64,000 nt of DNA from Takakia lepidozioides (GCA_030704615.1 CM060731.1:69006001-69070000); one strand, 5' to 3'. Positions 39,561 through 53,350 are shown, counted from the first letter of the stretch. Notes: generated by a model not told the origin, from the sequence alone. Made by a program: numbers and translations.

Positions 39561-40439
39561 TTACAAATGAGAGATTTGTTGTAGCATTTGAAACTAAAAA
39601 ACTAGTGTTATACCATGTGAATTCATATATGTCTGACTCCAAGATCAAAATCTAAGAACCTACAAATCCCAAATTTTGCAGTCAGTTTGACAAAAAAAAT
39701 AAAATAGATGAAGTTGGGGAGGGCAGGCGTGATTGGAGGGAGAGATGGGATCTAGCTGTCTATCTTTAATAGATGAAATCACAAAAGAGATATACTTATT
39801 TGCTTGCATGATTGTTTTGCAGCACAAACCTGCACTTGAAAGTATGGATAGAGCAGAGAAATTAAAAGGGGAAGAGGAACGTGGGAGGTAGGTAGGGCTT
39901 GGTAGGTAGGGCCAGCTGCAGCAACAACGGGGAGACGTCCGCAGGAGATGCTCACTGTCATTAGTGTCGTCAGTGTACTCCTCAGTGTGCATGATGTCGT
40001 TCAAGCAGAACAAGCAATAATTGTTGCAGGCTCTATATTGAACGAGGTGCCATCAATAGCACCAGCATCGGACGTGGACAAGGTGCCCTTACTAGCACCG
40101 CCAACATTTACCAATATCTTCTTCCCTCCAAAAATCAAAGATCGAGAGCCAGGGAAATGCTATGGGAATGAGGCATTGAGGAAAGAGTGGCATTTGCAGT
40201 ACCGCACACACATGATGAACAGAGAAATCATAAAAGGTTGGCCGAGGGAATTCCATTTCATGGAAGACATACCCAACCTCCGGGAGGATGCATCAGCTCA
40301 AACAACACTTAAGAGTGTTGTGAAAGAATGACATTTGGAATTGAATGCATTGCTCTTTGGCAACATGTGCTCTTAAAGGTGGCCCCTTGAGTATACGTTA
40401 CAGTTGCGAAGGAAATCCTACGTATACGGAGGAAAGCGA

Positions 40440-41731
40440 CAATTCAGAAAAGAAAACGAGAAAGAACATGTGTGAAATATGATAAAACGAGAAAGATGCC
40501 ATGACAACGTTGCCTCCTTCTAGTAGCAAAGAGGTAGGGTAGAGGATGGATGCTGCTTGCTTGGAGTTGGGAGCCAACATTCACTCAAAGAATACAAGTT
40601 TCTCGCTACATCAGTTCCATTTGTCTCTCGTTCACTGAAAGACAACTTTTTGGTTGTAGTTCCATCTGTTACAGTCACTCGACCGAGTTGCATCTCAAAG
40701 AATAATGCCAACTTAGCAGCTTCCGCAATCATTCGCCCTAGTGGCAGTGCAGTTACCAAAGACGACACAGGGAGTATAAAGGGATATGATGAAAATGAGG
40801 AAGAGGCCATGGTAACGTTGCATCTTTCTGGCAGCAAGGAGGTGGGGTCGCGGATGGATGCTGCTTGCTTGGAGTTGGGAGCCAATGTTCACTCAAAGAA
40901 ATACAAGTTTCTAACTACAGCAGTTCCATCTATCTTTGTTCACTGAAAGACGACTTTCCATTTGTTACAGTCACTCGGCCGAGTTGCATCTCAAAGAAGA
41001 AGCCCAAATTAGCAGCTTCCACAAGCGTTCGCCCAGTGGTGGACTGAAGACGACGCATGGAGCATCAAGGAATATGATGAAAACAAGGAATAGGCCATGA
41101 CAACATTGCATCTTTTTGGCAGCAATGAGGTGGGTCGAGGATGGATGCTGCTTGCTTGGAGTTGGGAGTCAATGTTCACTCAAAGAAATACAAGTTTTTA
41201 AATGTAGCAGATCCATCTCTCTCTCGTTCACTGATAGACGACTTTCTGGCTGCAGTTCCATCTGTTACAATCACTCACCCGAGTTGCATATCAAAGAAGA
41301 ATGTCAAATTAGCAGCTTCCGCAATTGTTCGCCCCAGTGGTGGTGCAGTCTTACGAGTGTCAGAAACGCCCAAACCCATGGGAGGACGAATAAACCTTCT
41401 GTCAGCAAGGGAGTGGGGGAGCATCAAGGAATATGATAAAAACGAGGAAGAGGCCATGGAAAAGTTGCATTCTTTTGGTAGCAAGGAGGTGGGGTTAAGG
41501 ATGGATGCTGCTTGCTTGGAGTTGGGAGCCAATGTTCACTACAAGAAATACAAGTTTCTGGCTACAGCAGTTACATATTATGTCTCTCGTTCACTGAAAG
41601 ACAACGTTCTGGCTGCAGTTCCATTTGTTAGGAAAAGGCCATTAGTAGCTGCTAGAATGGTTTGTCCTAGTGGTGGTGCAGCTACCAAAGGCGACAAGGA
41701 GCTTGCAAGGAGCATCAAAGGTATCCGATGA
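40440..41731 (+). repeat. Four tandem units of about 290-360 bp with conserved coding-like content (MDAACLELGANVHSKKYKFL)
   Basis: ATGGATGCTGCTTGCTTGGAGTTGGGAG at about 40546, 40854, 41141 and 41501. Confidence 0.8.
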
Positions 41732-44075
41732 AGTGGAACGAATGAAAAAAATGATCTCCCGATTAAAGACTACCCTAAATCAGCATTGGTAAATTCCAAT
41801 CATTTGTCTGCCTTCATATCAAACTGATTTTAATCCCTTTTTGAACACTGAGTAACACTATAAAACAATTTGTGCTGACTGTGTAGAAAAAATGATTGCA
41901 ACTCTCACCTCACGAGATTAAATGTGCATTGACAAACAAGTTTTGTTCATGTAGTTTCATTTCTTGTGTGTATGTGACAGTGAAGAGAAAAATAAGATGT
42001 CATTGAAAGAGTTTGAGATGGTCGTTATGCAAGCGTTCAATACGCACGACGTGGACCACATGTATGGTGGACTCACGAATTACATGCGCCAAAGTGTAGG
42101 AAGCATGGTCGGCAATTGTTTGGTGATTACAAGGCTATGTCCTCTGAAAAAAAAAATAGTAAAAGTTGGGGAATACTTGTTGGCCTCCTAAAAGATGTAG
42201 CACAACAGTGTATCATAGTTTTGAATCTCATGTGAAGCTCTAACTTTTGACATCACTTTGTGAAGCTTTAACTTCTGACTTCACTTTGAATATAATGATG
42301 TAAATGAACCTAGTCGTGAACTGAGGCAAAGTCATCTTGCTGGTTGTACAGTGTAGATAAGAACTGTGAACCTAAGTACAGGTTGTGGATATGCTCTAGC
42401 CCAAATGAGCTACTTGGAAGCTACTTAGAAGCATGACATGTATTTCTTCTGGCATTGTGTTTCTTTTCCCTACCATGGGATCCAAGAACAATATATCCTA
42501 CTACCTATTCTAGGACAGTCATGAATCCTTTCATAAGGCTATTCATTACAACAATCAGATAGCAGCATGCCTACATGAGGCTCTCCACCTAGAGATCTCT
42601 TGAGATGTAGTTGGTTTTGGCCCCCTTTGAGTTTTCCACACATGAAAAAAGGTTTCTCCCTTTCCAATGTCATTTCATTTCTTGCCATAGCAGAGTATGT
42701 CATATGAGTTTCATCAGTCGTCAACATATATAATTCAAATACTGGAAAATAGGTAGCTCATGAGGGGCGGCATACACTCAATTAGAAGGTGAGTGAGCAT
42801 TGATGGGCATCTAGATTTGAGATAGAAATAACAAGGGTGTAGAAACTATTGGTAGAGATAGAAACCAAAATGATCCAAGTTATTCATATGACCTCTAATG
42901 AGTGCAACCACTGATTTCTACTAGAGGCATGTAGTGTTGTTTTTTTGACAGGTAGCCCTACCTTTTTTGTGACAGGTTAATATATTTTTTGACTTTCACT
43001 GTGACAGACAACTTTGAGAAAATGCCTTTCACATGACAGGGTTGACAAATTTTTGACATTCACACAACCAATATGAAATGAAAAATGAAAAATGAAAAAA
43101 AAAAAATGACTTCTTACAGTTAGTCCAAAGGAAAAACCATGTTTGGGGGTTTTTTTTTAAGATTGATACATAATTTATTTTTAATAACCTGCAGTTCCGA
43201 TTACTTGAAATTTTACAAATTCTAATAACCTCCCAATTTTCAATAAATCTGATTATTTACACTTCGAAGACCGCCCTCAAATCCATATTCTCACTCGCAT
43301 CAAAGCATCCAAAGTATCCAACCACAAATGGCTTTTGATAGCATTTTGTTGTGTGAAACCCCTCTCACAAATTGATGTAATTGTATGAATTATAAGTAGT
43401 TTACCCTTGGAAAAAATGCCCTCTGCGCGACGTCACATATCAATAAATTATGACCTTAAAATAATGCCACTAACTCAAGTTAAGCACTTGTACATCCTAG
43501 GTGTCATTCGGTGTGTGCGACCTTGTGAACCAAATAAAGACATAATTGAAAGTTGACATGGGTTTTTCTTTGGTCTTTCCACCCTTCAATTACTTCCATA
43601 AGCCTCTCAAGTGATCACACAAAGCTGCTCCCTTGCTTAGAGCACTATACCAGTGTACCACTACTACAATCCACTAAAGTCTCCTAGTGGCGGGAGAGCT
43701 TGCTTGAGCCTTGGAGCACGTCTAGGAAAGAGGGACATGTTTTAGGATATTGAAAAGAAGTGAATGGCAGCTGGCAGTGGCTAAGGAATGACCCCAACTA
43801 GACTTACTAGTAAGATTACTAATAAATAATAATTACTAATAATATCTATATATATATTTTTTAAACCTGGGAACAACAACCCACAATTTAGGGTCAATTG
43901 AGCCCCTTGAGGAGGGGGAAAAATTAAGCCCCTTTCATTTATGGGACATGAGACCTATAGGAGGAACAACGCCCGGATGCCACCGTCACGAACAATCCAC
44001 ACATGGGGTAGGGCAGGGGGTTTGAACCCCAAACCATCATGGGACACACTATGCAATAATATTAATAATGATATT

Positions 44076-45183
44076 TGACGCCTCCCGAAGGAAGCGTAAA
44101 TTATGGTGTCTCTTCACCCAAAGGGTTATTGCCTTCCATTAGGAAGGTGGACACGAGTGTTGGACGGGTATGTATATAGGGCCTGGCCAAGTATCAACCT
44201 ATTAAATAACCAACCCGTCTAGTATTGGCTGTTGTAATACTAGGGTGAATAACCGAACTCCCTTGTATTGACAATTCCAATACCTAGGTCAATACCCTAC
44301 GTAGGCTGGTATTGACAAAGAAAATACCCATGCAATACCAACGTTATGGGCAAAAACAAGGACTACACACATTTTGATAGGGCCCACCCCCGAAAGGGTG
44401 TAGTAGCCGCAAGGCGAAGCGGCTCTTAGTTACGCAGGCCGCGGCCGGAGTCATCTCTCTATAGATATGAAATTGGAGTTACGCGGGCAACGGCCGGAGT
44501 CATCTCTCTACAGATATGAAATTGGGAGGGTCAGGGCATGTCTAGTCCCAATATTTTTCCTTTTTTTAGCACATGTCGGTAGCAATGTCGACTTGGCATT
44601 GACAACCTCGACAAATTAGTGCTAATTTTAAATTCTGGGCTGGATGACGTACGGACGGATTGCATTGTGTTGAGCAAGGGATCCGGATTTCTTTTTGTCG
44701 GAAGACAAATACGATTGATAAAGAGGAGGACCTCATTGGAGCATATGGCATGTTTGACAATGAGGCTTGCAATCAATTTTCTTTCAACAAAGCTCACTTT
44801 GTGTACTAAAATTCGCAATATTATCATGTAATGCAAATCTGAATTTTGCAACAGAATATTTACTTTGTGAAATCAAGTATGCTTCTAAATTAAAAGGCAT
44901 ATTAATGATTTGGGGGTTACTTTAATTTTAATTTAATTTATTTATATACGGATTTATTACCGGCTAGTATTAAGATTGGAATACCCGTCCACCAATAAAG
45001 AATCATACTATTATTGAGAACTGGCGGATATTAGAGTTAAGTGAATATTCCAATGCTATGGAACCGGCTGGTATTAAAAAATGTAATACCCGCCCAACAC
45101 TGGTGGACACCTTTGTGACACCAACCAGTGGATTGAACCCCAGAATCACTTGGGAGGTGGTATGCACTTGCCAGCTCAGCTAC
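44076..45183 (-). mobile_element. Second SINE copy, split by a hAT MITE
   Basis: 44076-44154 and 45103-45183 align to the 28.3-kb SINE; A-box TAGCTGAGCTGG and B-box GGTTCAATCC. Confidence 0.7.
44155..45102. mobile_element. Non-autonomous hAT-like element (MITE)
   Basis: TIRs GAGTGTTGGACGGGTAT / ATACCCGCCCAACACTG (15/17 match); 8-bp TSD GTGGACAC at 44147-44154 and 45103-45110. Confidence 0.9.
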
Positions 45184-45504
45184 CAGCCAATGTGCATGTA
45201 CTTTTAATTTTTACCTTTCTTTTGATAGGCAATTTTTCTTTTTTGCCTTTCACTGTGACAGGCAATTTTTGATGAAACCCTGTAAGACTTTATTTACAAC
45301 ATGTACAATGGGTGAACGTGCATATGATGAGAAGTTCAATTTTTGGTCATTGCCTTTCTTTTGACAGGTCGTTCTCGTTTTGCCTTTCAAGCTCACAGAC
45401 ACAATTGTCAAACAAACATAGATGTGTTGATAGCATTCAAAAATAGTCGATTGAAATCTGAGTAGCCAGAGTGCAACTTGCCTTAACAGTTTCAATCCGC
45501 AACG

Positions 45505-47767
45505 ATGAGTAGGCCTGCACGACAGCCCAAGGTGTTGGGGTGCTTCTTCGTTGCCATTCTTGCGGTGAATCAGTTGGAGGCTTTGACGCCAGATGGTGTA
45601 GCGCTCCTGGAATTCAAGCAGGGGTTGAATGCAACAGATGGGGTCGGTCTCTTGCTTCAAACTTGGAATGCTTCCGATGCATCGCCGTGCCAGTGGGAAG
45701 GCATCCAGTGCACCGGCACCGGCTTCGTGGATGCCATCTCTTTGAAAAATCTCAAGGGCGGTGTCATCTCACCCAGCCTAGGCAGGTTAGAGTTCCTCAG
45801 AGCTCTTGACCTTGAGTCTGGGCACCTGCAAGGTGATATACCTCCGGAGCTAGCAAACTGCACCCGCCTTGAAACTCTGAATCTTATGGACAACCTCTTG
45901 TCAGGACCAATTCCAGCTGAACTTGGCACTCTGCCTGTCTTCGCCAGTATGCTACTCTCTAGAAACATGCTGGTAGGGGAGATTCCAAGTGCCCTTGCAG
46001 CACCTCCCAACCTGTCAATCTTCAATGTCAGTGCAAACAATCTCACAGGCAGAGTACCGCTCGCGCTGTACAAAAATGTGAATCTCCGGGTGCTGAATGT
46101 TGGAGAGAACAACCTCACTGGCAACATCACTACAGGTACATCCCATGATGTATTTACCTTATTGCAAGGATGAGCAATTGGAGTAATGTTGTGAAGAGTT
46201 TGAGTTTTAGTGTTCGAGTTTACTGAGACGTCGTGTTGCAGACCTTGAGGAACTCTCGAAGCTGCCGAACATAATGCGCATACAGATGGACGACAACAAT
46301 TTCACGGGCACCATACCAGCATCGCTTGGAAACTGCTCCTCGCTCCAGCATCTCGACCTGGGTACAAACAATCTCGCCGGCACAATTCCAAGCTCACTCG
46401 GTGACTGCCAAAATTTGCAAAGCTTGATACTGGATACTAATCCTCACCTCACAGGAATCGTTCCTCCGGAGCTGGGCAAGCTGCAGAACCTCTCCACTAT
46501 AGTCATCTACGGCACCAAGCTCTACGGCGCCATTCCAGAGTCACTCGGCAACTGCTCGTCGCTTCGATACCTCGTCTTGTCATCGAACAACCTCACGGGT
46601 CCGGTCCCCAAGACTCTAGGCCAATGCTCTGCGCTTGAGTTCATCAACTTCGCCAACAACAACTTATCCGGCGATGTCCCGCTAGAGCTCGGCAATTGCA
46701 CCAACCTGCGCGTCCTGCAGCTCGGGAGCAACCGATTCGCAAGCGAGTGGAAAGTGGATTTCAGCAAGGTGACCTCCCCGACGCTCACTCTCTCCATCTA
46801 CAACAACTTCTTCTGGAACACCAGCGCCTTCTTCGCATCCATTGCCACGAACCCCAACTTCACCATTGTCGACGCCTGCAAGAACGACCTCCATGGAGCG
46901 CTCCCTGCGACCTACGACGTGGAATTGCTCTCCAAGCTGCAGGTTCTCATGTTAGGCTACAACAAGATGCAAGGCCCGATTCCAAAGTGGCTATGGAACC
47001 TACCCAGAATCCAAATCCTCGACGTCTCCAACAACAACTTGAGCGGCGAGGTCGTCTCCGACACATTCCACAACATGCAAGGCTTCATCAGCAAAAACGT
47101 CTCCAAAGTGCCGCACAACTGCCACGACCTCGCGAACTACTACACGCAGGACTTCGGCTTCCACCTCAAGAACCGAAACCAAGCCGTGTCGGTGAGCTAC
47201 CTTTCCTACCTCACGTACCTCGACATCTCCACCAACAAGCTCACCGGCAGCATCCCTGCCACCATCGGCGAGCTCTCAAACCTATTCTACTTCAACCTCA
47301 CGAAAAACCGCTTCACTGGCACAATACCTCCTGCTCTCGGTCGGATCTCCCCTCTTCAATCCCTGGACATGTCCTCTAATCTCCTCACAGGGTCCATTCC
47401 ATCTGGATTCGCCTCGCTCTCCATGTTGGAGATTTTTAGAGTTGGCAACAACAGCCTCTCGGGTATGATTCCGCAGAGTACGCAGCTGCAGTCGTTTGGA
47501 GAAGAGAGCTTTCTTCCTGGGAATGAAAATCTCTGCGGTGAGCCTCTTCCCAAAGTATGCGCCGCTGCTGCAAATGGCTCCACACCTGAGAGTGTTCCTG
47601 TGCAACGGAGCTCCAATGCCTTTGAGGCATACGTCTCCATTCCGGGTTTTGCAGTGGGATTTGGAGTGGGGTTTGTTTCTGTCGCCATTGCCATACATCA
47701 CATGTATTTCGGCTCTACAGGCAAGAGGGTAGCGCCTGCTTATGGATTGTACAAGTCTCCGACGTAG
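45505..47767 (+). CDS. Leucine-rich repeat receptor-like protein (no kinase), 2 exons: 45505-46135 and 46242-47767, about 718 aa
   Basis: Signal peptide, LRRNT (W...PCQWEGIQC), plant LRRs, island domain, GNENLCG cap, GxxxG transmembrane segment and short tail. The GT-AG intron keeps the frame. Confidence 0.93.
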
Positions 47768-48164
47768 CTCACTTGGCTAATCGCATCTTTTGCATTCCAG
47801 ATAGTTTTGATTAGCAAGATGTAAATAGAGAGGCATTCAAACTAGAAACTTCGGTGATCGCATCTGTAGAGTGAGTACTTTGATCTTGTTTATTTTTTGT
47901 TGGCGGCAATTTGACAATTCAGCTGTGAATATACTCACAAACAATGGCAGTAGAGTTGTTCTGTACAATGGTTGCAGCAATTCTGTTCGCTATTGAACGA
48001 TATGCTTGTAACAAAGTGGTCACAGCCTTCGGAAAAAAAAAGTGGTCAATGGCAAACTGTCGATGTTTCGAGATGGGTTGTTCAATCGTCAAGCCCAAGA
48101 AAATTCTAAATTATGTTGGTGATTTGTAGCAAGACAGTGACCTCGACAAGGAACAGATTATGTG

Positions 48165-49816
48165 TTAATGTTGGTCACTAGGACAATTGGGAGGGTTAGG
48201 GATGGTCTGAGAAAAGGAGCTGAAATCCAGGTTGCATGCGGCTTTCAAGTTCACCGCCTCGGAAGGGCCGTCAACGAATTGTCCCGACAGCGCAAATGTG
48301 GCCATCACGCGGTAGAACGCTTCCGTGCCATGGATGGAGTCCCAGTAAAGTGTGTGCTCAACATCAGAGCAGACATTCCCAAAAATCGGCGAGCCACATG
48401 CAACAACCGGGTTGAAGTTGTAAGGACCACCACCTCCACAGCACGGCCGGAAACCAGCAACATCAATCCCTGCCCAGTGCCGATCGCTAAGAATTTGAAT
48501 CAATCCCAAGTTACTCCGTGCACATACAATTGACAATGATTGCTATACAATGTGGGTGCCTTGGAGTACTCCTTACCATACTTAGCCTGGTTTTGAAGGA
48601 CTTCGTAATTGGCAGCGTACCAGTCGAAGTAGAGGACAATGGTATCAGGCCACATCTGGCGATAGTTTTCCACGGCGGCCTTCAGCTTGAGGTTGAAGGT
48701 CTGGAAAACAGCGTTGTACGCAGACAAGCAGCCGAACTCATCTTTTGCACTCTTCTCGCTGAAGAATGTGAGGTAGTCGGGGGTGCAACCCGCGGGTTGC
48801 AGGCTGAAAATGAAGAAGAATTTCGCACCTCCAGCGTGAAGCTTCTGCAATCCATGCAACCCATGAAGAGGCGAGCCAGATAATCGATCAATGCTCACAT
48901 CAAGCTCTAGAGGCATCCCCTTGAGCATTCAATAAATTGAATGATCTTACCTCTATACTCTGTTTTATGGCGCCCAGTACTTCCTCGTCAAGCTTCGCAT
49001 TCGCATCCGCAGGAGAGAGACCAGCTGTGAAAGCGAAGGTGTAGTCATTCTCACCAATCCCGAGGATCATGTGTAGTGCCGTGCTCACATTGACATCGCC
49101 TGCACTCATTCACCAAAACCAACAAAAACTGATGCCTTGGAAGAACTTCAATTCTGAATTTTCATATTCAAGGAGATTATGAAGATGCTTCCCAAGGGAT
49201 GCTACTGCGAAGGTGAACTTTTGGTTTGTGTGCAGATCAAGAAGTTACCCCTATATTCGGCTTTGAATTTGAAGTAATTCTCTACTTCACGGCCCAAGAA
49301 AAAAATTGGAGCAGGAAGTGGGCCCGTGAACCGTGCGGTTGCAGCAGAGTATGCAAAGTTGACACCATGGCTGTACGCAGACTCTTCCAAGTGTCTCGAG
49401 TATGGTTGCAGAAACGGTATTCCAAATGCTTGAGCTGCATGCATTCCAAAACCAGCACCTTGCCATAAATTTTGCTCACCTATAGTGAATCCTACAAGAA
49501 AAGGATAACTTCCAAACTTGCCCCCATTGCAATTTGATGCACCCTAACTAATGGTACCTGTGTAATCAATGATGAGTCGGCCATCAGAGAATCGTGTTCT
49601 TTCACAGGGGCGATCCGGGAAGCGGTAGGACATGCCATAAGGATATCTGGTGATAGCGTAAAAGAGCGGCGCTTCAGCATGAGCGTTGCCGGTGTCGGTG
49701 AGAGAATCGCCGAAAGAGTAGATGTACTTGGGACATACAAATGCATGTGCACCTTTGCAGGCGAGAAGGAATACTATCAGAGACAGGATCATGTGGATTA
49801 TCCTCTGAAACGCCAT
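48165..49816 (-). CDS. GDSL esterase/lipase, 5 exons (49816-49558, 49434-49249, 49099-48951, 48844-48577, 48469-48165)
   Basis: FGDSLTDTGN, RFSDGRLIID, GVNFA, GENDY, CCG and WDSIH motifs; canonical splice sites. Confidence 0.93.
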
Positions 49817-50599
49817 TATATGCACTTGAAGTTGTCCTGGAGAACACCTCCAGGTGCTGCTTTGACTCAACTTGCTCGGAGAGTTCAGCGATTGAAGTTT
49901 GTCACGGAAGATGTATATATATTTGTATTATATATCTGTATGGACCTGGGCAGTGTTAGAGTGGTTTTTCACATCAGTGTAACTGTTGCTCCCTAAATAG
50001 CAAGTTGGATATTGTTAGATACTTGCTATTCAGGTCATGACAGAAAGGTAGCTCTAGGGAAACTTCAGGTCAACAGGCAGTCGTATAATTGTTGATAACC
50101 AGCAACTGTCATTAAATTTCTGTGAGTGGGGAGTACCTCATCATTCAGCTCTCTGCCAGGAGGATGCTCTGTCTGCTGATGATTTATGCTGGAAGGGCTG
50201 TTTTCATGTCCCGACAAACTGCCCAGAAGCAGGGAATGCCTGGAAACTTGCCTAGAAAACTTGCTCCCAAATTTGTTCAAAGTAGAGACTCATAACATTC
50301 TCGAGTGTACCGGTATTCTATGTGGTGAGTTAACACCTCAGATATATATAATTAACTCCGATTACAAAGCTAATCGGCGTGAATCAAGGGCCTGTTTGTC
50401 TATAGGAATGCTGCTTGTAGACCGAAACACCTCAGACTTAGAATCAGTGATACTGGAATCAGCATCCTTGATACCAAGGATCTTTAAACTCTATTTGAAA
50501 TTATATAGCTGTAGATTGTAGATGAAGGAGTAGAGGCATTCTACTTATGTCACAGGAAAACAATGACAGACAATATAGGAGGCGGTCTGTAATGGATTA

Positions 50600-51100
50600 T
50601 TCTTACCATGTTTTCGCAGCACTAGCCTTCATGCTGGAATGTGGGACATCAACTGCTGAAGAAACCAATAAACTCAGGGCAGCTAATGGGGGTCGATACC
50701 TTGGCTTGGTTGAAAACACAAAGCAGTCAAAACGAGCGGGTTTGGTCCAATCCAGCTGGAGTCCTTCAAGGATCAAAACTTCCTCCCCTGTTTTAGTGGC
50801 TGGGGGTCTGGGTACTAGAAAACTGAATGGTTTGCTTTGCAAATGTATTTACAGTGTGTTAATTGTTGCTTAGAGTGGGAGTTGCCGTTATCACGGCAGC
50901 CACTTGGTTTGGGAAGTGGCCTTTGAACATGAGGCAAGCTTGGCCGTGGCAACGGTGCGGGATGTTTGGATGGTGCTGCTAGTATTTCCATAATTGACCC
51001 AGGACTTACTGACATTCTGGTATGTGTACCTGGCATCATGAAGCAGAGTTTCGTGAGATGTCCTGGATTCCTTAGCCACAGGTAGGTTGTGACGAATGGA
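50600..51100 (-). pseudogene. Polyphenol oxidase C-terminal (KFDV domain) pseudogene fragment
   Basis: YTYQNVSKSW...PRP...EEVLILEGLQLDWTKPARFDCFVF is similar to the C-terminus of the PPO at 57.9-59.5 kb. Confidence 0.75.
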
Positions 51101-52288
51101 TTTTGTGGGTTGCTGTCTCTCTTAGCAGGGATACATTTCTGGTTCCTGATCAAATGCCCTTGTAAATTCTGTCCTCTTCTTGATTTGTTTTGGAAAAGAA
51201 TGGGTACGTGGTGCACCCATCTTGGGAATGAGTGCGAGCAGAAATGATTTTAGTTCCCAAGTTGTTTGATGTTATACTCCTACACCAGAAAATAAGTGAA
51301 AATTGGGAGTTGGATTGTGATTGGTAAGAAAACACATGGGGAGACATGAACTGCCCTATTGGCCCTTGCTTTCCTGTTCACTGTTTGTGTACCATCTTGA
51401 GCATGATGTCTATCTCTTCATAGTTACAAAGAGTTGCATCTGAGCAGCGAGTTCTTGTCATAAATATCATCTTAACCCTTTACGTAAAAGTGATGGCTCC
51501 CATGACTATTTCACATACTCAATTTCTCAACATGTAGTCATACTCAGACATATTTGGATCACATCATTCTATTCAAAATGAAGTGCTGGAGGGGAACGAC
51601 TCTGTCATATCCTCACTGTCTGTCGCATGTGTGATGTCATTCAAACTTTTAGGCCAGATGCTGATCCTAAGTCTTTCCTCCCCATTATCATAGTATTTGA
51701 TGTCCAGTGAGCTCTCAGAATAGGAACTTAACAGACTCTGGATTTGGCTTAAGAACTTTCGAAGTTATACTAGAGCTGAAGAGAGACACTGAAACCAGTG
51801 AAGGATCTATCAACACCAATCTCAATCCAACGTGCATCATCCTTGAGCGAGTTGTAGTAAATTAAAATGCAAAACTGGTCAATATACCCGCATGGTCAAT
51901 GTATCTTCAATGTCAAAACCTCAACACAATGATTTGTGTCCGAAATCTTCCTCTATGTCCTACGTCATGGTGTCTCCTTCCGTAGATCTGCTGATAATTA
52001 TGTGGAAGGAGCCAACTGCTCATCAGTCAGTTTTCGGCCCTAATTGACTGTCTCTTCCCCAGCAGCTACAAACTACAAACCCCCATATCTTGAGGTCTCA
52101 TCCGCCATACCTCGTCAGGGTTAATGTTTTTCCTTCACAATCCTCTGACATGGTGGGAATGAATCGATATTCTCTAAGAGAATGAACGCCTCCGGCTCTG
52201 AGTCGACTTGAGAATCGTTCAGGATTGTAATTTAAGGTCCAGGATGTCAAATTCCTAGAGTTGTACAACTGATCGTCCAATTCGAGCA

Positions 52289-53350
52289 CTACCAATGGCA
52301 AGCAGTAGCTACATTCTGCTCGTTTCGTGTAGGAAAGTTTGTCCATGGTTCTCCAACTCTGCTGGCCTCATTGTAAGCCTCCATGTCAAATTCCCCAAAA
52401 CTGCAGGCCCCATCGTAAGCCTCCATGTCAAACTCCCCAATACTGCTGGCCAAGTTGCACTCCCCCATCTGAAAGTCTGGCACTTCAGTAGCATGCGCCA
52501 ATTCAGTACGTGATTGAGCGAGAAAGAGCTTATGATTGCGCACTTTCTCAATAGACATTACCAGTTGCGCCTCTATACCTTGTAGGTCCCGCCTATCCAA
52601 CCCCCACATATCTTCGCCAGAAAAGATCCGTGTGTGTCGTTGCGACATGTCGAGATCTTGCTCGAGCTTACGGACTTTTTCACGCAACACCCCTGTAGTT
52701 GTCCCAGGAGCTACATTGGTCGTTCTGCACTGGGTATACATGTCAGGAAGGTCAGTCACCAGCTCGGTAGGTGTCCCCGTCGCCTGAGCATTATGTTGAA
52801 CCGTATTGGCCAATCCACACTTCCTATACATGTCAGCAAGGGCAGATAACAGATCACTTTCTGGTACAATTCCAGCTTCAATGATGGCAGCATGGACTTG
52901 CTCGCCCTTTTCCATGTCTCCGAGGTTGGCGCACGCATTGAGAGCTTCAATGAAGTTATCATTGTCGGCCTTCTCAATACCCTGGTAAGCCTCCACAATC
53001 TCCGAGTCCGAGCATGACGATGTTGGACGTGACGACATTGTACACCGACGTTTGGGGCGACCATTAAGCACGGGGAGCGAGCTTCTCTTCCGATCACCTT
53101 TTGATCCGACTCGGCTCTCCTCCAAGCAAGAAGAATTCGCATAGCGAGCTATCACGTCTTCAACGCGACCGTTACAAAACTGGGTGAGCTTTCCTTTTCC
53201 TGGAGGGAACATGATAACTGCGACATCGATGTCACAGAGCACCGATAACTCATGCGCTTTCTTCACTAGACCACTGCTCCTCTTCAAGTATGTCACCTTC
53301 CTATTGCCAGCACCATCTATGAGCTTTATATCTATTTTCTGACGACCCAT
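52289..53350 (-). CDS. Intronless MADS-box protein (MIKC*-like MADS plus K-like domain) with an inserted PPR segment
   Basis: MADS: MGRQKIDIKLI..NRKVTYLKRSSGLVKKAHELSVLCDIDVAVIMF. PPR: FIEALNACANLGDMEKGEQVH...DMYRKCG (52814-52954). K-like: GEDMWGLDRRDLQGIEAQLVMSIEKVRNHK. Single open frame. Confidence 0.88.
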   Translation of the reverse strand: MGRQKIDIKLIDGAGNRKVTYLKRSSGLVKKAHELSVLCDIDVAVIMFPPGKGKLTQFCNGRVEDVIARYANSSCLEESRVGSKGDRKRSSLPVLNGRPKRRCTMSSRPTSSCSDSEIVEAYQGIEKADNDNFIEALNACANLGDMEKGEQVHAAIIEAGIVPESDLLSALADMYRKCGLANTVQHNAQATGTPTELVTDLPDMYTQCRTTNVAPGTTTGVLREKVRKLEQDLDMSQRHTRIFSGEDMWGLDRRDLQGIEAQLVMSIEKVRNHKLFLAQSRTELAHATEVPDFQMGECNLASSIGEFDMEAYDGACSFGEFDMEAYNEASRVGEPWTNFPTRNEQNVATACHW

